From NCBI GenBank assembly GCA_963796965.1, contig CAWCNS010000005.1, forward strand, positions 128,001 to 192,000: 64,000 nucleotides of DNA, read 5' to 3'. This document shows, piece after piece, positions 11,926 through 22,287 of the stretch; the stretch's first letter is position 1; each line of letters begins with the position of its first letter. A program made the translations under genes and the position numbers. The notes beneath the pieces are model-generated. The model saw only the letters and a list, made by a program, of their open reading frames with translations, did no database searches and was not told the origin of the DNA. Source of the DNA: Calditrichia bacterium (GTDB taxonomy: Bacteria; Calditrichota; Calditrichia; JAJRVZ01).

Positions 11926-12059
11926 ATACTCAAGTTGGGAGAATTTAACATATAATTTTTTGTCAATTTGAATGTAAATTGTTATACTTTATTAAAATCA
12001 ATTGAAGATATTCACCGATAAAATATATGGTTCTGGTAAAAATTCCGATGAGATAATAT

Positions 12060-12551
12060 ATGAGTATGTTAAAGATTAGAATAATGGGAGACGAAGTCCT
12101 GCGTCAGGTGGCGTCTAATGTGGACGAATTTGATGATAACCTGGCCCGTCTTGGAGAGGAAATGATACAAATTATGCACGATTCAGATGGTATCGGATTA
12201 GCTGCACCACAAGTTGGCATTTCCAAGAGAATTCTAGTTATAGATATATCTCCCATTGATGAGGAAGCGGAACCTCTAGTTTTTGTCAATCCCGTTATTA
12301 TGGAGGCTTCAGGGGAGTGCACGCTAGAAGAGGGATGTTTATCTATTCCTGATGTGAGAGAAAATGTTACCAGACCTGAAGAAATCTTTTTGAAATATCA
12401 AACTGTCCTGGGTGAGTCAATCAGTGAACAGTATACTGGTTGGATGTCCCGTGTATTGCAGCATGAAATTGATCACTTAAATGGGGTTCTCTTTGTTGAT
12501 TACCTTAGTCCCATTAAACAAAAATTAGTATCCCGCCAATTATCTATATAG
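12060..12551 (+). CDS. def: Peptide deformylase
   Basis: GIGLAAPQVG, EGCLSIP, QHEIDHLNG. Confidence 0.96.
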   Translation: MSMLKIRIMGDEVLRQVASNVDEFDDNLARLGEEMIQIMHDSDGIGLAAPQVGISKRILVIDISPIDEEAEPLVFVNPVIMEASGECTLEEGCLSIPDVRENVTRPEEIFLKYQTVLGESISEQYTGWMSRVLQHEIDHLNGVLFVDYLSPIKQKLVSRQLSI

Positions 12552-12573
12552 ACCCATCTAATTAATTAAGCGA

Positions 12574-14073
12574 ATGAACGTAACCTGCAGTTTTTTTAAA
12601 GAAATCAAATTTAAGAGTGATCTTTTTGTGTTGATCACAAAATCAGATCTGCCGTTAAAATTTGACCATCTTTCAAAAATTCTTGGTCTAAACCTCAATT
12701 TAATCCTTGCGAAATTAAAACTTTCAGAGAATGGTAGCGATACATTTATTTCTTTTGACAACCGTGATATTTCTAACCTTCTATTTATAAGAACTAAGAA
12801 TCCAGACACAAATCCGGTAGAAAGATTCCGTGAGGTAGGTCATGCTATTCAGAAATATCTGAAACAGGTTAAAGGGAAAAAAGTACATATACTGTTTAAT
12901 AATATTGATACTGATTTAATACAAGCCACCCGGGGGGTTACAGAAGGGCTCCTGCTATCTGACTACAAATTTCTTGAGTTTAAGTCTCCATCGCCGGATG
13001 AAATACCTGACAGGAAGGATATCATATTTCTTCTTGAGCGACAAAATAAAATAACTGAAATCCGGCGGCAGTTGCGACGAACTGAGGCTATTCTCAATGG
13101 TGTGAATGTGGCCCGAACATTAGCAAATAAACCAGCTAACGTACTCAATCCCAAAAAGTTGGCCCGTGAAGTACAAAAGTTATACCATTCCGTCCCTTCA
13201 GTCAAAGTAGATGTTATTCAGGGCAAAAAACTTGAATCATTAGGGATGAATGCTTTTCTATCTGTAGCGAAAGGTAGCAAACAATCCCCGACATTTATTC
13301 TAATGAGATATAAATGTGGTATCAAAAATGCGCCAATTCTAGCCGTTCTGGGGAAAGGTATCACGTTTGATAGTGGAGGAATTTCTATCAAACCAGCCGA
13401 GGGAATGGAGGAAATGAAGTATGATATGGCTGGTGCGGCAACAGTTATTGGTCTTTTTAAGGTCCTGTCCGTTCTAAAGCCAGATATTGATATTATCGGT
13501 GCTATTCCTGCAGCTGAAAATGCTTTAGGAGGGGATGCCTATAGGCCTGGTGATATTATACGTTCATATAATGGCCAAACCATTGAAGTGGTTAATACAG
13601 ATGCTGAAGGGCGATTAATTCTTGCTGATTCTCTTGCCTATGTCGAAAAAAGATTCCATCCGGATTGGATGATTGATATTGCTACATTAACCGGATCGAT
13701 TGTTTCTGCCCTTGGCGATCAATGCTGTGGTATCTTTAGTAATAATGATTTCCTGCTCCAATCATTTAAGCACGCTGCAGAGCTGAGTGGAGAGCGTGTT
13801 TGGCCAATGCCCATGTGGGATGAATATAAAAAACCACTAGAAAGTAAAGTCGCTGACATTAAGCATCTTGGTGGCCGGTCTGCCGGAAGTATTACAGCCG
13901 CCAAATTTCTTGAAACATTTGTTTCCGATTCTCCCTGGTTACATATGGATATAGCCGGAACGGCCTACAATGTAAAATCGAAAAAGTACCTGGGCGAAGG
14001 GGCCTCAGGATTTGGGGTGCGCCTCCTCTGGGAAGTTATTGACCACCTGCAAAAAATATCCAAAGTAAAGTGA
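12574..14073 (+). CDS. pepA: Leucyl aminopeptidase (M17)
   Basis: GKGITFDSGG, MKYDMAGAA, NTDAEGRLILAD, IATLTG, WLHMDIAG. Confidence 0.93.
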   Translation: MNVTCSFFKEIKFKSDLFVLITKSDLPLKFDHLSKILGLNLNLILAKLKLSENGSDTFISFDNRDISNLLFIRTKNPDTNPVERFREVGHAIQKYLKQVKGKKVHILFNNIDTDLIQATRGVTEGLLLSDYKFLEFKSPSPDEIPDRKDIIFLLERQNKITEIRRQLRRTEAILNGVNVARTLANKPANVLNPKKLAREVQKLYHSVPSVKVDVIQGKKLESLGMNAFLSVAKGSKQSPTFILMRYKCGIKNAPILAVLGKGITFDSGGISIKPAEGMEEMKYDMAGAATVIGLFKVLSVLKPDIDIIGAIPAAENALGGDAYRPGDIIRSYNGQTIEVVNTDAEGRLILADSLAYVEKRFHPDWMIDIATLTGSIVSALGDQCCGIFSNNDFLLQSFKHAAELSGERVWPMPMWDEYKKPLESKVADIKHLGGRSAGSITAAKFLETFVSDSPWLHMDIAGTAYNVKSKKYLGEGASGFGVRLLWEVIDHLQKISKVK

Positions 14074-14387
14074 CCCCACTATCAGGGTATGTCTTACAAT
14101 TCTATTTACTCACCTAAAAACTATCTTCCTGATGGTATGATGAATCAATTGCATTTAATCAAACAGAAAATTATATTTTTCACTACCTTTGTTTAACCTT
14201 GATAGTTTAAGGTCTTTCGGATCGTAAATTGTGTTATCAGAAGACAATAAACAAAGCATGGTGCGATTAATATCCATGCGTTTTGGGTCTTGTTTATTAC
14301 TTCATGGCGTCTTTACGTATCTGCTCGAGGCGGTAAATTTATTTCTGTAACAAGTTCTTTGTTTATAATTAAAATGTGGGGTTTTCC

Positions 14388-16400
14388 ATGCTTAGCATTT
14401 ACGAGAAATTTATCTTTGTTCTGGTATTTATACTCTCCATGTATATGGGCTTTCGTTCCTTCTCAACGATGTTTAAGGTTATAAATAAAGGACAAGGAAA
14501 ATTATATTTTGATAATATGGCAAAGCGGATTTCAAAAAGCCTCTCCGCTTTTCTTTTACAGACGACTGTTTTGACGAGTCGCCCGCTTATAAGTATCATC
14601 CACAGTGTTGTCGCCTGGGCTTTTATACTATATATGATTGTGAATCTTGGTGACATTCTGAGAGGGTTTATACCTGAATTTCATTTTTTAGGTGATGGAA
14701 TGATCGGTCGACTTTATCGCCTTTTTGTTGATATTTTTACTGTTATGGCCCTGATAGGTGTAGTTATACTTCTTGTCAGAAGATTTATATTTTCAAGCCC
14801 AACACTGGAAATTAACGAAAATGTGTTTTTGCTACCATCGGTACGAAAAGGGATGAAGCGTGATTCGCTAATTGTTGGTCTTTTTATCCTTGGGCATGTT
14901 GGATTCAGATTCCTGGGAGAAAGTTTTAGTCTCGCAGTTGATGGACCTGATGCCTGGCAACCACTGGCGTCATCTCTGGCATTTGTATGGCAGGATCTTA
15001 ATTATGATCTGCTCATATATTTTGTGCATGCTAGTTGGTGGTTAGCCATTGGTCTGATTCTGGCGTTTATTCCCTATTTTCCAGGAAGCAAACATGCACA
15101 TCTCTTTATGGGCCCTCTAAACTACTTTACGCAACCTCATCGTTCTTCACCTGGTACACTAAACAGAATTGATTTTGAGGACGAGAATGCTGAACAATTT
15201 GGTGTATCAAAGATTGTACATCTTGAAAAAACGCAGTTATTTGATGCCTATGCCTGCATCATGTGCAATCGTTGTCAGGATGTTTGTCCGGCAACACTAA
15301 CCGGGAAAGCTTTAAGTCCATCTGCCCTGGAAATTAATAAACGTTACTTTTTAAATGCTGAGGCAAAAAAGATCGTTAATGATGAGGATGTAGATCAAAC
15401 CTTCCTGGATTTTGGATTAACTGAATCAGCTTTATGGGCTTGTACCAGCTGCGCCGCCTGTGTGGATATTTGTCCTGTGGGTAATGAACCCATGTACGAT
15501 ATTTTAAATATTCGCCGCGATCGGGTCCTGATGGAGGCAAAATTCCCGAGTCAGTTACAGAATGCCTTTAATGGTATGGAGCGGAATGGTAATCCATGGA
15601 ATATGAATAACGATCGTTTAGCGTGGTCCCGCGAAGACAGCTCGCTAATTGTTAAGACGGTAGAAGAAAATCCTAATTTTGATATACTATACTGGGTTGG
15701 CTGTGCAGGTGCTTTTGATCAGCGTGGTCAAAAGATCGCCCGCGCTTTTACAAAAATATTAAATGTTGCCCGTGTAAATTTCTCGGTATTGGGAGCAAAA
15801 GAAAGTTGTACGGGAGACAGTGCCCGTCGTGCTGGTAATGAATACTTGTTTGCTATGATGGCGGAGACAAATGTTGAGAGTCTAAATGCTCACAAGGTAA
15901 ATAAAATAGTTACAACCTGTCCCCATTGTCTGCATACGCTTAAAAATGAGTATCCGCAATTCGGTGGCGCTTATGAGGTTATCCATCATAGCCAGATGAT
16001 CAATCAGCTTATCTCAGAAGGAAAATTGAAGTTAGATAAGCAGACAATGAAAAAAGTAACTTTTCATGATCCTTGCTATTTGGGACGACATAACGATATT
16101 TATGATGAGCCGCGTGCCGATCTTCAATCGGGTAATACAGAAATAATTGAAATGGAGCGTGTTCGTGAGCGCAGTTTCTGTTGTGGTGCGGGCGGAGGTA
16201 ATATGTGGAAAGAGGAAGAAGAAGGCAAAGAGGCGGTTCGACGAGAAAGATTTAGTGAAGCGCTGGAGACTGGTTCTGACATATTGTGTACGGCTTGTCC
16301 ATTTTGTATGACCATGCTAAGTGATGCAGGCAATGAACTATCTTCTGATCTGCCTGTACGTGACCTTGCGGAAATTATTGCTGAAGAAATTAAATCATAG
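14388..16400 (+). CDS. Membrane-bound Fe-S oxidoreductase, FadF/HdrF-like (TM domain, 2x4Fe-4S, two CCG domains)
   Basis: N-terminal TM helices with His residues; CIMCNRCQDVCP, CTSCAACVDICP, YWVGCAG, TCPHC, FHDPCYLGRHN, CCGAGGG, ACPFC. Confidence 0.88.
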   Translation: MLSIYEKFIFVLVFILSMYMGFRSFSTMFKVINKGQGKLYFDNMAKRISKSLSAFLLQTTVLTSRPLISIIHSVVAWAFILYMIVNLGDILRGFIPEFHFLGDGMIGRLYRLFVDIFTVMALIGVVILLVRRFIFSSPTLEINENVFLLPSVRKGMKRDSLIVGLFILGHVGFRFLGESFSLAVDGPDAWQPLASSLAFVWQDLNYDLLIYFVHASWWLAIGLILAFIPYFPGSKHAHLFMGPLNYFTQPHRSSPGTLNRIDFEDENAEQFGVSKIVHLEKTQLFDAYACIMCNRCQDVCPATLTGKALSPSALEINKRYFLNAEAKKIVNDEDVDQTFLDFGLTESALWACTSCAACVDICPVGNEPMYDILNIRRDRVLMEAKFPSQLQNAFNGMERNGNPWNMNNDRLAWSREDSSLIVKTVEENPNFDILYWVGCAGAFDQRGQKIARAFTKILNVARVNFSVLGAKESCTGDSARRAGNEYLFAMMAETNVESLNAHKVNKIVTTCPHCLHTLKNEYPQFGGAYEVIHHSQMINQLISEGKLKLDKQTMKKVTFHDPCYLGRHNDIYDEPRADLQSGNTEIIEMERVRERSFCCGAGGGNMWKEEEEGKEAVRRERFSEALETGSDILCTACPFCMTMLSDAGNELSSDLPVRDLAEIIAEEIKS

Positions 16401-16739
16401 TTGGGGAATCATGTGAAGAAATGGATACCTTTTGTTCTACTCATTTCATCAGCAATTGCTTTTAGCGGATATTTTTTCTATACGGGAAGATCAAGTGTTT
16501 ATCGGCCCAAAGTCCATGATCCGGCCATTATTTATCATGAGGCCTGCGCTGAATGTCATGGGGACCGGGGAGAAGGAGAGGGGCTATTTTTTCCTGGATT
16601 ATTGGATACATCTCTTACTCGAAAAGATGTAAGGGATGCGATGCGAGATGGCCGGTTTATGATGCCTGCCTTCACAGAAATTCCTGACACAACACTAATG
16701 AACCTGGTTGAATATATTGTCAATAGGAGATTTAGATGA
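16401..16739 (+). CDS. Membrane-anchored monoheme c-type cytochrome
   Basis: N-terminal TM helix; CAECHG heme motif; distal MMPAF. Confidence 0.85.
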   Translation: MGNHVKKWIPFVLLISSAIAFSGYFFYTGRSSVYRPKVHDPAIIYHEACAECHGDRGEGEGLFFPGLLDTSLTRKDVRDAMRDGRFMMPAFTEIPDTTLMNLVEYIVNRRFR

Positions 16740-16765
16740 TCTATATGGCGTAAAAGTATAAACAT

Positions 16766-16797
16766 TAGTAGTGGCCGTTCGCGAACAGCCACTACTA
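16766..16797. repeat. GTAG-type REP-like palindrome, copy 1
   Basis: TAGTAGTGGCCGTTCGCGAACAGCCACTACTA: 32-bp palindrome with 1 mismatch between convergent genes; second copy at 32906. Confidence 0.8.
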
Positions 16798-16815
16798 TAT
16801 ACTATTATCCAAGTT

Positions 16816-17865
16816 TTATTCCCATTTCATCAAATATGCACTATCTTCCAGTCGTGCGCCCTTATCATTGCATACTGCATATTTAGAGGGTCCTTTTATT
16901 GTCGCAGATCCAAATTCTCCCTTATTATTTATGGCATAAAATTTAACATTGAAGGCCGGTTTCCCATTTGAATCTTTTAATCCACGGGCTTTAGCATGAT
17001 CAATGATGCGCTGGCAAACCGCCAGACATGCTTCTTCTGGGGACTTTCCCATCCGCATATATTCAACAACCATGAAAGAACTAAGATTTTTTAGATTCTC
17101 TTCACCTCTTCCTGTTGATCCGGCAGCACCGACTTCATTATCCACATATAAACCGGCACCAATTATTGGACTATCGCCCACCCGTCCTGGAATCTTATAC
17201 GCAAGCCCACTTGTTGTAGTCACACCTGATAAATTTCCTGCCAGATCAAGTCCTACACAATTAATTGTCCCGGTTATTCGTTCTTCAAAAAAAGAGGAAT
17301 GATTGTCTTTCTCTTTTATCGGTGAGAACCAGTCATCCCTATCACTTAAATTTTCACGCCATTCCAGCCAAATCTCTCTGGCCTTGTCAGTTAAAAGATT
17401 TTCTTCTTTAAGACCATGACTAATCGCAAACCTTCGTGCTCCTTCACCAACGATTAAAACATGATCTGTCCTTTCCATAACCAATCGTGCCACTTTGGAG
17501 GGATTGCGTATATTTTGTATTGATGCTACTCCACCGGCATTATGGGTTGGGCCGTGCATGCAACAGGAATCAAGCTCTATGATTCCATCTTCATTTGGCA
17601 ATCCTCCCAATCCAACAGAGTGGTCTGTAGGATCATCTTCCACTATATTTACACCGGCAATCACACCATCTATGGCGTCTTTGCCGCTTTGTATTATTTC
17701 ATAAGCTTTTTTTACGGTTTCCATTCCATTAGAACTTGCAACGACTACAGGATTAAAATTTCCTTTGTCCAGGCTGCTTTTTGCCAGGGATTGTACCTCC
17801 GGCGCCGCCAAAAGAGATCCAACGCCAGCTGCAGCTCCTGCTTTAATAAAGTCTCTTCTTTTCAT
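16816..17865 (-). CDS. Tat-exported N(4)-(beta-N-acetylglucosaminyl)-L-asparaginase family protein (Ntn hydrolase)
   Basis: MKRRDFIK Tat signal; SVGLGGLPN, GTINCVG, TTTSGLAYKIPGRVGDSPIIGAG, GSTGRGE. Confidence 0.88.
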   Translation of the reverse strand: MKRRDFIKAGAAAGVGSLLAAPEVQSLAKSSLDKGNFNPVVVASSNGMETVKKAYEIIQSGKDAIDGVIAGVNIVEDDPTDHSVGLGGLPNEDGIIELDSCCMHGPTHNAGGVASIQNIRNPSKVARLVMERTDHVLIVGEGARRFAISHGLKEENLLTDKAREIWLEWRENLSDRDDWFSPIKEKDNHSSFFEERITGTINCVGLDLAGNLSGVTTTSGLAYKIPGRVGDSPIIGAGLYVDNEVGAAGSTGRGEENLKNLSSFMVVEYMRMGKSPEEACLAVCQRIIDHAKARGLKDSNGKPAFNVKFYAINNKGEFGSATIKGPSKYAVCNDKGARLEDSAYLMKWE

Positions 17866-18084
17866 ATTGTTCCTCTACTTTGAGTTTATCACGAATTTTT
17901 ATTTATACTATGTTTTTCAATGGAATCGAATATTCGATTCTGTGTTCTTGGCGTATAGTGCCCTACTCAGGTGATTTTTTTAATTCTGATCTTATATCCC
18001 AGGTTGAAGAGTGAATATATATTCATAAAGAACGAGAACTCAAATGATTTTATTACTTTCCCAACTTGGAGACTTGATTCATAG

Positions 18085-18157
18085 AACTCACCCTAAATCC
18101 CTCTCTTGAAAAGAGAGGGACTTTAAGGAGCCTCTTCTCATGAAGAAGAGAAGGGTG
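18085..18157. repeat. Tandem double hairpin (CCCTCTC/GAGAGGG type)
   Basis: TCCCTCTCTT-gaa-AAGAGAGGGA (18098-18120), then CTTCTC...GAGAAG (18134-18153). Confidence 0.55.
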
Positions 18158-18291
18158 TTTTTATAAGATATTTAATTAAAAAATAATTCTTCTTTTAAAC
18201 CGGATACTTGTGAATCCTTATATTAAATTATTTCGAACACAGACATGAAAAGCTAATTAAAAAATACAACTTTTGCACCCAGCACCCAAAA

Positions 18292-19473
18292 TCAGGCATT
18301 AACCAGATATATCTCTTCCTGCCTATCAGATAGAAACTTGCAGCCATCGTTTGTAACGACGACAATTTCTTCGATTGTTGCAACCCCGTAGTTAGGAATT
18401 GTAAGCCGGGGTTCAATTGTATAGAGCTGGTTTTCTTCGATAATGGTATCTGGTAACGTTCCATACCTTTCCCATTTTGGTGCCAGCAATCCGCCACCAT
18501 CATGGGCCACTCTTCCTATCTGATGCCCCAGAGCATGTGGGTATTCATCAAACCCGTGAGAAACAATATAATCCCGGGAAATTTTATCAATTTCATATCC
18601 ACATACCCCTGGTTTCAAAGCCTCTGCAGCCTTAGATATACTATCAAATATTACCTGAAATCCGATCCGAACTTCAGGGGGTGCTTCTAATTCTTCCGGG
18701 CGGAGAAAATACCAGGAACGCTGAAGATCGGAACAGTAGCCATTTATCTTAATGCCAAAATCAATATTCATGACATGGCCTGGCTTGATTGGGCGGTTCG
18801 TTGGACCTGCATGAGCACCTGCAGTATCAGGACCCGTAAATACAGCGGGACAATGCTCCGGATCCCACGCTAAATCAACACCTGAATCACGAACCTGGGT
18901 CAAAAGAAAATCTGCTACATCCTTTTCTGTCTTACCCACGGTGATAAAATCTCCAACCTTATTAAACATGGCAAGGGTTAAATCAATAGCTTTGCTTACT
19001 TGTTCAATTTCTGACTTAGATTTTCGACCCCGTAATTTGTTCAGGATAGATTCGGAGGAAATGACGCGTTCACTATATGGCGTTTTTTTTAGATATCCCA
19101 TCAGTTGTTGGTACATACCATGGGTTAGCCCATCCGCTGTTGGTGTATTCATGGAATAATTAAGAGCAATCTTATTTGGATTGATTCGATCCAGAGTTTT
19201 GATCAGATCTTCTTCAATCGATTGCAGATAACCAATGATTTCAGGATAATACCCATAACTTTCCTGATTCGCTTTATCAAGACTACCAACAATGGATATC
19301 GTATCACCCGCTGATGTAAGAATAAACGCGGATTGCCAGGTAACACCGGTTCCAACTATAATATCCATTGCAGGATCATTCGTCGTTCCCGTTTCACGCA
19401 CAAAAGTTAGCCAACAATCTATATTTTCTTCTTTTAGTATCTCTATTGCCTGTTTAATTTTTTCTTTTATCAT
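18292..19473 (-). CDS. Xaa-Pro aminopeptidase family (M24) peptidase
   Basis: IDFGIKINGYCSDLQRS, HALGHQIGRVAHD, TIEP, EEIVVVT. Confidence 0.9.
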   Translation of the reverse strand: MIKEKIKQAIEILKEENIDCWLTFVRETGTTNDPAMDIIVGTGVTWQSAFILTSAGDTISIVGSLDKANQESYGYYPEIIGYLQSIEEDLIKTLDRINPNKIALNYSMNTPTADGLTHGMYQQLMGYLKKTPYSERVISSESILNKLRGRKSKSEIEQVSKAIDLTLAMFNKVGDFITVGKTEKDVADFLLTQVRDSGVDLAWDPEHCPAVFTGPDTAGAHAGPTNRPIKPGHVMNIDFGIKINGYCSDLQRSWYFLRPEELEAPPEVRIGFQVIFDSISKAAEALKPGVCGYEIDKISRDYIVSHGFDEYPHALGHQIGRVAHDGGGLLAPKWERYGTLPDTIIEENQLYTIEPRLTIPNYGVATIEEIVVVTNDGCKFLSDRQEEIYLVNA

Positions 19474-19925
19474 TAGTTACACTCCATATAAAATTTCAAA
19501 TTAAATATCTTTAAAAAAAGAAATGGTCATACTGTCCAAGGGATTCCATTGTAGGGAGAAATTATTTCAGGATCTTCGAATAAAATGTCATTTACTATAA
19601 ATATTATCTTTTTATGTAATTCCTTTCAACGAATATAATCGGACTTATGATAAAAATCAATGAGCATATGAACCGATTCTATGCATCTCCCGGATGGAGG
19701 CCAAACTTGATTTTTGGTGTGATTATATTTACCTTAATCAATCCGCAAATTATCTCGCAAAGACGCTACTACAGGACTGTCACTAATGTTAACCGAAAAA
19801 ACAAGATTATGTTTATTAGAGAGCTTGTAAAAACAGCAAGAGACTGATTCATTTAAGATTTGTCCTTTGAATAATATGCTGTTACCCGTTATGATAGTTG
19901 TGGATCCTAATTCAATAGATGAAAG

Positions 19926-20246
19926 ATGGTAAAAATGCTATCAGGAAAAGAAAAAAGACAGATGCGTTCTGAAGCCAACCAAATGAAGGCAACTGTTATG
20001 ATTGGCCGTGACGGAATCACGTATAAGGTAAAACGTTTCATAGATGAGGCGTTTAATAATAAGACTTTGATCAAAGTGAAAATTCTGGATACTTGCGAAG
20101 AGGATAGAAAAGTAATCGCCGAAAAGCTTTCAAAATTAAAAAATACGGATCTTGTCCAACTCCTTGGTCGTACAATTTTGTTATATCGGCCGTTAGAAGA
20201 AAAGGAAGAAACGGAAGTTAAGAAAAAGGGTAAAGTAAGAAAGTAA
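19926..20246 (+). CDS. yhbY: YhbY/CRM-domain RNA-binding protein
   Basis: LSGKEKRQMRSEA...IGRDG...LIKVKIL...VQLLGRTILLYR. Confidence 0.85.
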   Translation: MVKMLSGKEKRQMRSEANQMKATVMIGRDGITYKVKRFIDEAFNNKTLIKVKILDTCEEDRKVIAEKLSKLKNTDLVQLLGRTILLYRPLEEKEETEVKKKGKVRK

Positions 20247-21080
20247 TGTCGTTATCCCATGTAATATTTTCGGATCTGGATGGTACCTTACTCGATCATC
20301 AGTCATACGAATTTACCGCAGCCCAACCAGCTATAAACTTCATTAAGGAAAACCAGGTCCCTCTTATTCTGGTCTCGAGCAAAACAAAAGATGAAATGAT
20401 CCATTATCAGAGTGAACTTGGGATTTCGGGCCTACCCTTCGTCGTTGAAAATGGCTCCGCTATTTATACGGAGATTGAATATTTTAGAAATGTGGAATTG
20501 GGAAACAGGCAGGTATCCGGCACCTATGAATGTTTCAACCTTGGCATTTCATTCGAAGAAATTAAAAGTATCATAGATGATATTTCAAAAAGGCATGGGT
20601 ATAATATTCGTGGTTTTCACAATATATCGAGAGAAGAAATACAATCTCTCACGGGTTTGGGAGAAAAAGAGTTAGATAGGTCTCTTAACAGGGAATATTC
20701 AATTCCCTTATTGTTTGATAATAAATCGGATGAAATATTAAAAGGAGAAATTGATAAATTTAAATTGCAGATTCTATATGGCGGTCGGTTTATGCATCTT
20801 CTCAGTAGAACCGATAAAGGTAAAGCCATGAAACTGATAATGAAGGGTTACAGAGCTAAACTTCAATGCAAGGATTTAAAAACTATACGCTATTGGTGAC
20901 AGCCTCAACGATTATGCAATGCTAAAAGAGGCAGATTACCCCATATTAGTGAAGAAACATGATAGTTCCTATGAAAATCGTATAAGGATTGACCGTCTCA
21001 TCCAAAGTCCGGGAGTTGGTCCGGATGGCTGGAATTATTCTGTTCTTAAAATTTTGAAAACGGGAGGCAATAATGAGTGA
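20246..21080 (+). CDS. gpgP: Mannosyl/glucosyl-3-phosphoglycerate phosphatase (HAD IIB); indel near 20885
   Basis: IFSDLDGTLLDH, SSKT, VENG, REYS, GGRFMH, DKGKA; other frame continues AIGDSLNDYAML...GPDGWN to TGA at 21078-21080. Confidence 0.8.
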
Positions 21081-22285
21081 TTTTTTTCAGGATAGCCATA
21101 TAACCACCTTTCATTCTCTGGGAAATTTGATGACTTTAGAGCACTTGGAAAAGGATTTACGCACCTTTACACCAACCCGTCCGGTGGCTTTGTTGGTTCC
21201 CTCATTGTTCTCTGAATTGGAGGGCGAGGCTTTGCCTGGCATCCTTGCTGAACTAAAAAAGGCAGATTATATTAAGCGGATCATTATATCCTTGGATCGT
21301 GCGAACCGGGATGAATTCAATCATGCAAAAGCATTTTTTAGTGATTTACCACAGGATTTGAAAATTTTGTGGAATGATGGACCCCGGGTAAAATCTATAT
21401 TGCGGATGTTAGATAAACATGAGATTCCTACCGGACCACAGGGAAAAGGAAGAGGGGCCTGGTTGGGATTCGGTTTTATATTAGCAAAAAGAGATACTTT
21501 TGCCATTGCACTCCATGATGCTGACATCATTACTTACAACAGGCAAATGTTAGCTCGATTAATATTTCCTTTGGTACATCCTGGATGTGATTTCGAATTC
21601 AGTAAAGGATTTTATAGTCGGCTTTCCACAAAAATGCATGGTCGGGTGACGCGTCTCCTTGTTTTTCCTCTCATTCAGGCTTTAGCATTATTGATCGCCC
21701 GAAATGATTTTATCCGATATCTCAGAAGCTTTCGATATCCTCTGGCAGGTGAGTTTGCTGATTGTTAACAATCTTATACGACGATGTCGCTTGCCTTATA
21801 ACTGGGGACTTGAGATAGGTGTTTTGTCAGAGGCCTACCGAAATAGTGCAAAAAAAAGAATATGCCAGGTTGATCTGGCTGATTTGTTCGAGCATAAGCA
21901 TTCCAATCTGGTAGCCGGAGATATGAAGGGGGGATTGGGTAAAATGGCTGTAGACATTATTCTAATGATGTTTTCCACTCTAGCCAGTATGGGGCATATT
22001 CTTAGCAGGGAATTTTTTAATACTCTTAGTTCAACCTATTTAAGAACTGCACAGGAATTTATCACTAAATATTATCATGATTCTCTGATCAATGGTCTAG
22101 AATTTGATCGCCATGCAGAAGGAGTTGCTGTGGAAACATTTAGAGAATGTCTGACCCATGCCTGCGATCAATTTTTAGAAAATCCATTTGAAGTCCAGTC
22201 TATTCCGACCTGGAACAGGGTAGTGGCTGCTATTCCAAGCATCTTTGATAAACTTGAAGTTGCAGTAGAGGAGGATAATAAATAA
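21073..22285 (+). CDS. gpgS: Glucosyl-3-phosphoglycerate synthase (long GT81-type); indel near 21760
   Basis: MSDFFQ..ITTFH, PSLFSEL, GKGRGAW, LHDADI, KGFYSR, HGRVTRL, FRYPLAGEF, WGLEIGVLSE, FEHKH; adjacent to gpgP. Confidence 0.8.
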
Positions 22286-22287
22286 AA

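Noticed and set aside
19647..19847. 66-aa ORF in the divergent intergenic region
   Set aside because: No clear SD or recognisable motif, and it overlaps a repeat half-site; likely spurious.
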